This document shows positions 32,255 to 33,750 of a stretch of DNA of 33,750 nucleotides, piece by piece. A program made the translations under genes and the position numbers. The notes beneath the pieces were generated by a model, which worked only from the letters and a program-made list of their open reading frames with translations, made no database searches and was not told the origin of the DNA. This stretch comes from Octopus bimaculoides. Taxonomy: Eukaryota. The stretch lies in assembly GCF_001194135.2 (NCBI RefSeq), contig NC_068986.1, forward strand, positions 25,998,510 through 26,032,259, read 5' to 3'. Every line of letters begins with the position of its first letter. Within the stretch, counting starts at the first letter, position 1.

Positions 32255-32610
32255 CTTGCAAGATTCCTGATGTGAAACCGTGTGTTGAAACAAATATTAT
32301 CATAGTTCAAGATGGTCTTCTCGCCCCTTGCAAATAAACACACGCCCTGTAGGGCGTTCTTCACAGATATGTGACGAAAGATTTCCGGACAATGGACATA
32401 AGATAAAATAAGAATAGTAATAAACGAGTGAAGAACGAATATACATGGTGTCCCAGAAGTCGCGTACCATTCTGGTTTTCATTAAAAATAATTGACGCAA
32501 TTTATTTTATTTTATTCAATTTAAAAAAACCAGGATGGTGCGTGGCTGTATAATATGTGTGCTTATTTGGCAAAACATTTTTAAATGACCATCTCGAAAT
32601 ATAACAATAC
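32255..32610. mobile_element. Diverged copy of the promoter palindromic element, with a nested TA-flanked Tc1-type MITE (32444-32548)
   Basis: ttgcaagatt..tgatgtgaaa.cgtgtgttgaaaca.atatt is shared with about 3395-3437. The inner inverted pair agtcgcgtaccattctggtttt / aaaaccaggatggtgcgtggct is flanked by TA. Confidence 0.6.
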
Positions 32611-33145
32611 AGAAATGTTTTAAATAAGTAACTATGTACCCGTAGATCTTTCACCTACTTTGTCCCTACTAATCTTCACTTGCTGCTGCCTCCCTTGTTT
32701 TCAGTTTCACAACAAAGATTATTTTCAAAATCTGAAGTTATTTTTTATATTTCAGCTGCTATTTTAGCTATTCAAAATCCCAAATGGTGTACGTGCATCA
32801 ATTATTAGCTAATTAGACGAAATAAATAGTTACTTCCCTTGTTGATTCTGTTTTAACTCGACTAATGAGTGAAGATTAGACTGTTGGCTTTGAATCAATT
32901 AAACGAACTAACGTAGATCAAAGCTAGAAACGTGGCTACTATTTCTAGCATGTCTAACAACCACGTCGAGGTTTCCCTTGTTGTCAAGTCTTTTTAGATT
33001 GAAGGAAGATACGGTACATTTATTTTTATTTCTCATCGTTATAAAAGTCTAAGATAAAGAAGCCAACCTAAATATTTCAACGAAATTGTTTGAATGAAGA
33101 AAGCAAAATCTACCTCCACCAACAACCTACAGGAAGCCTCTACAT

Positions 33146-33750
33146 CAGGGCTGGCCAACCTCAGGCCCGTGGGCCACTGACTTTTATCTTGTGGCCCGCT
33201 TGATACTTTCTTGAAATGGGCGACCTCTTTATTGTGTTTAATTTCAAAATAAAATTGTGTAAAATTTAAAATTTATGACAATAAAGCAATAGCCTTCAAT
33301 TTTATATTTTTAAACAAACGAAAAGTATGAAAAATTCTTGATTCTGTAATTTGACTATTAGTGTATAACTAGCTTAAAAGCCGCCCTATCTGGCGACTTT
33401 TGAGCTAGTATATAGCTTTTAAGCAACTGACCCCGAATGGGAAGATCTGCAAACAGATCTCTGACTTGTTTTGGAGAATTTATTGTAATTGCTTCCGCCC
33501 TATGATGATCATATTCGGCGCAAAAAAATCATGTAAAAAGTCACCGAAAACAATCGCAGTAATGAAAACATAGGAATCCAAAATTTCGAGATTGCAGGTC
33601 CGGACTCGGCCCAGAATGTTTTTTTAATTTACTCACGGTGTTAGCCTTTAGATTATAAAAATTATTATCGTACAAAAAAAATTTGTCGCAAAAGGTCACG
33701 TAAAAGAATCGCCGAAAATAATCACAGTATTGAAAACTTGGGAATCCAAA
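33146..33750 (+). mobile_element. Left end of a hAT (Charlie/Buster-like) element running out of the window
   Basis: Terminus CAGGGCTGGCCAACCTCAGGCCCGTGGGCC, preceded by CTCTACAT (close to the NTCTAGAN target consensus); internal imperfect direct repeats. Confidence 0.6.

Noticed and set aside
32640-33000. Short recurring motifs (cccttgtt, gtgaagattag/ctaatcttcac) and an 8-bp hairpin gctagaaa..tttctagc
   Set aside because: Too short to distinguish from chance or decayed repeat; no ORF or splice structure supports a gene.

Overview
AT-rich eukaryotic genomic DNA. The SINE/MITE families and microsatellites look like an octopus (coleoid cephalopod) genome; this is an inference from recognising the repeats. 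The window holds a complete 23-exon VPS16 gene (HOPS/CORVET subunit) on the + strand, ATG 3805 to TGA 30955. My hand-spliced CDS is 2487 nt (828 aa) with no frame breaks. The first two coding exons of MED10 (Mediator subunit 10) lie head-to-head with it on the - strand, start codons 862 bp apart. VPS16 can only be spliced in frame using three non-standard introns: a U12-type AT-AC intron 9, a GC-AG intron 12 and a U12-type GT-AG intron 13. The shared promoter contains a near-perfect 59-bp-arm palindromic element with mirror-image CCAAT boxes. The introns are packed with mobile DNA, including a TSD-bounded hAT relic with an in-frame Tc1/hAT chimeric remnant, an intact tRNA-derived SINE, RTE-LINE fragments, Tc1- and piggyBac-type MITEs, and inverted SINE pairs bracketing exons. 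Most ORFs in the supplied track are spurious. There are two assembly gaps. I see no evidence of a wholly new protein-coding system; the interest lies in splicing, promoter and dsRNA architecture.
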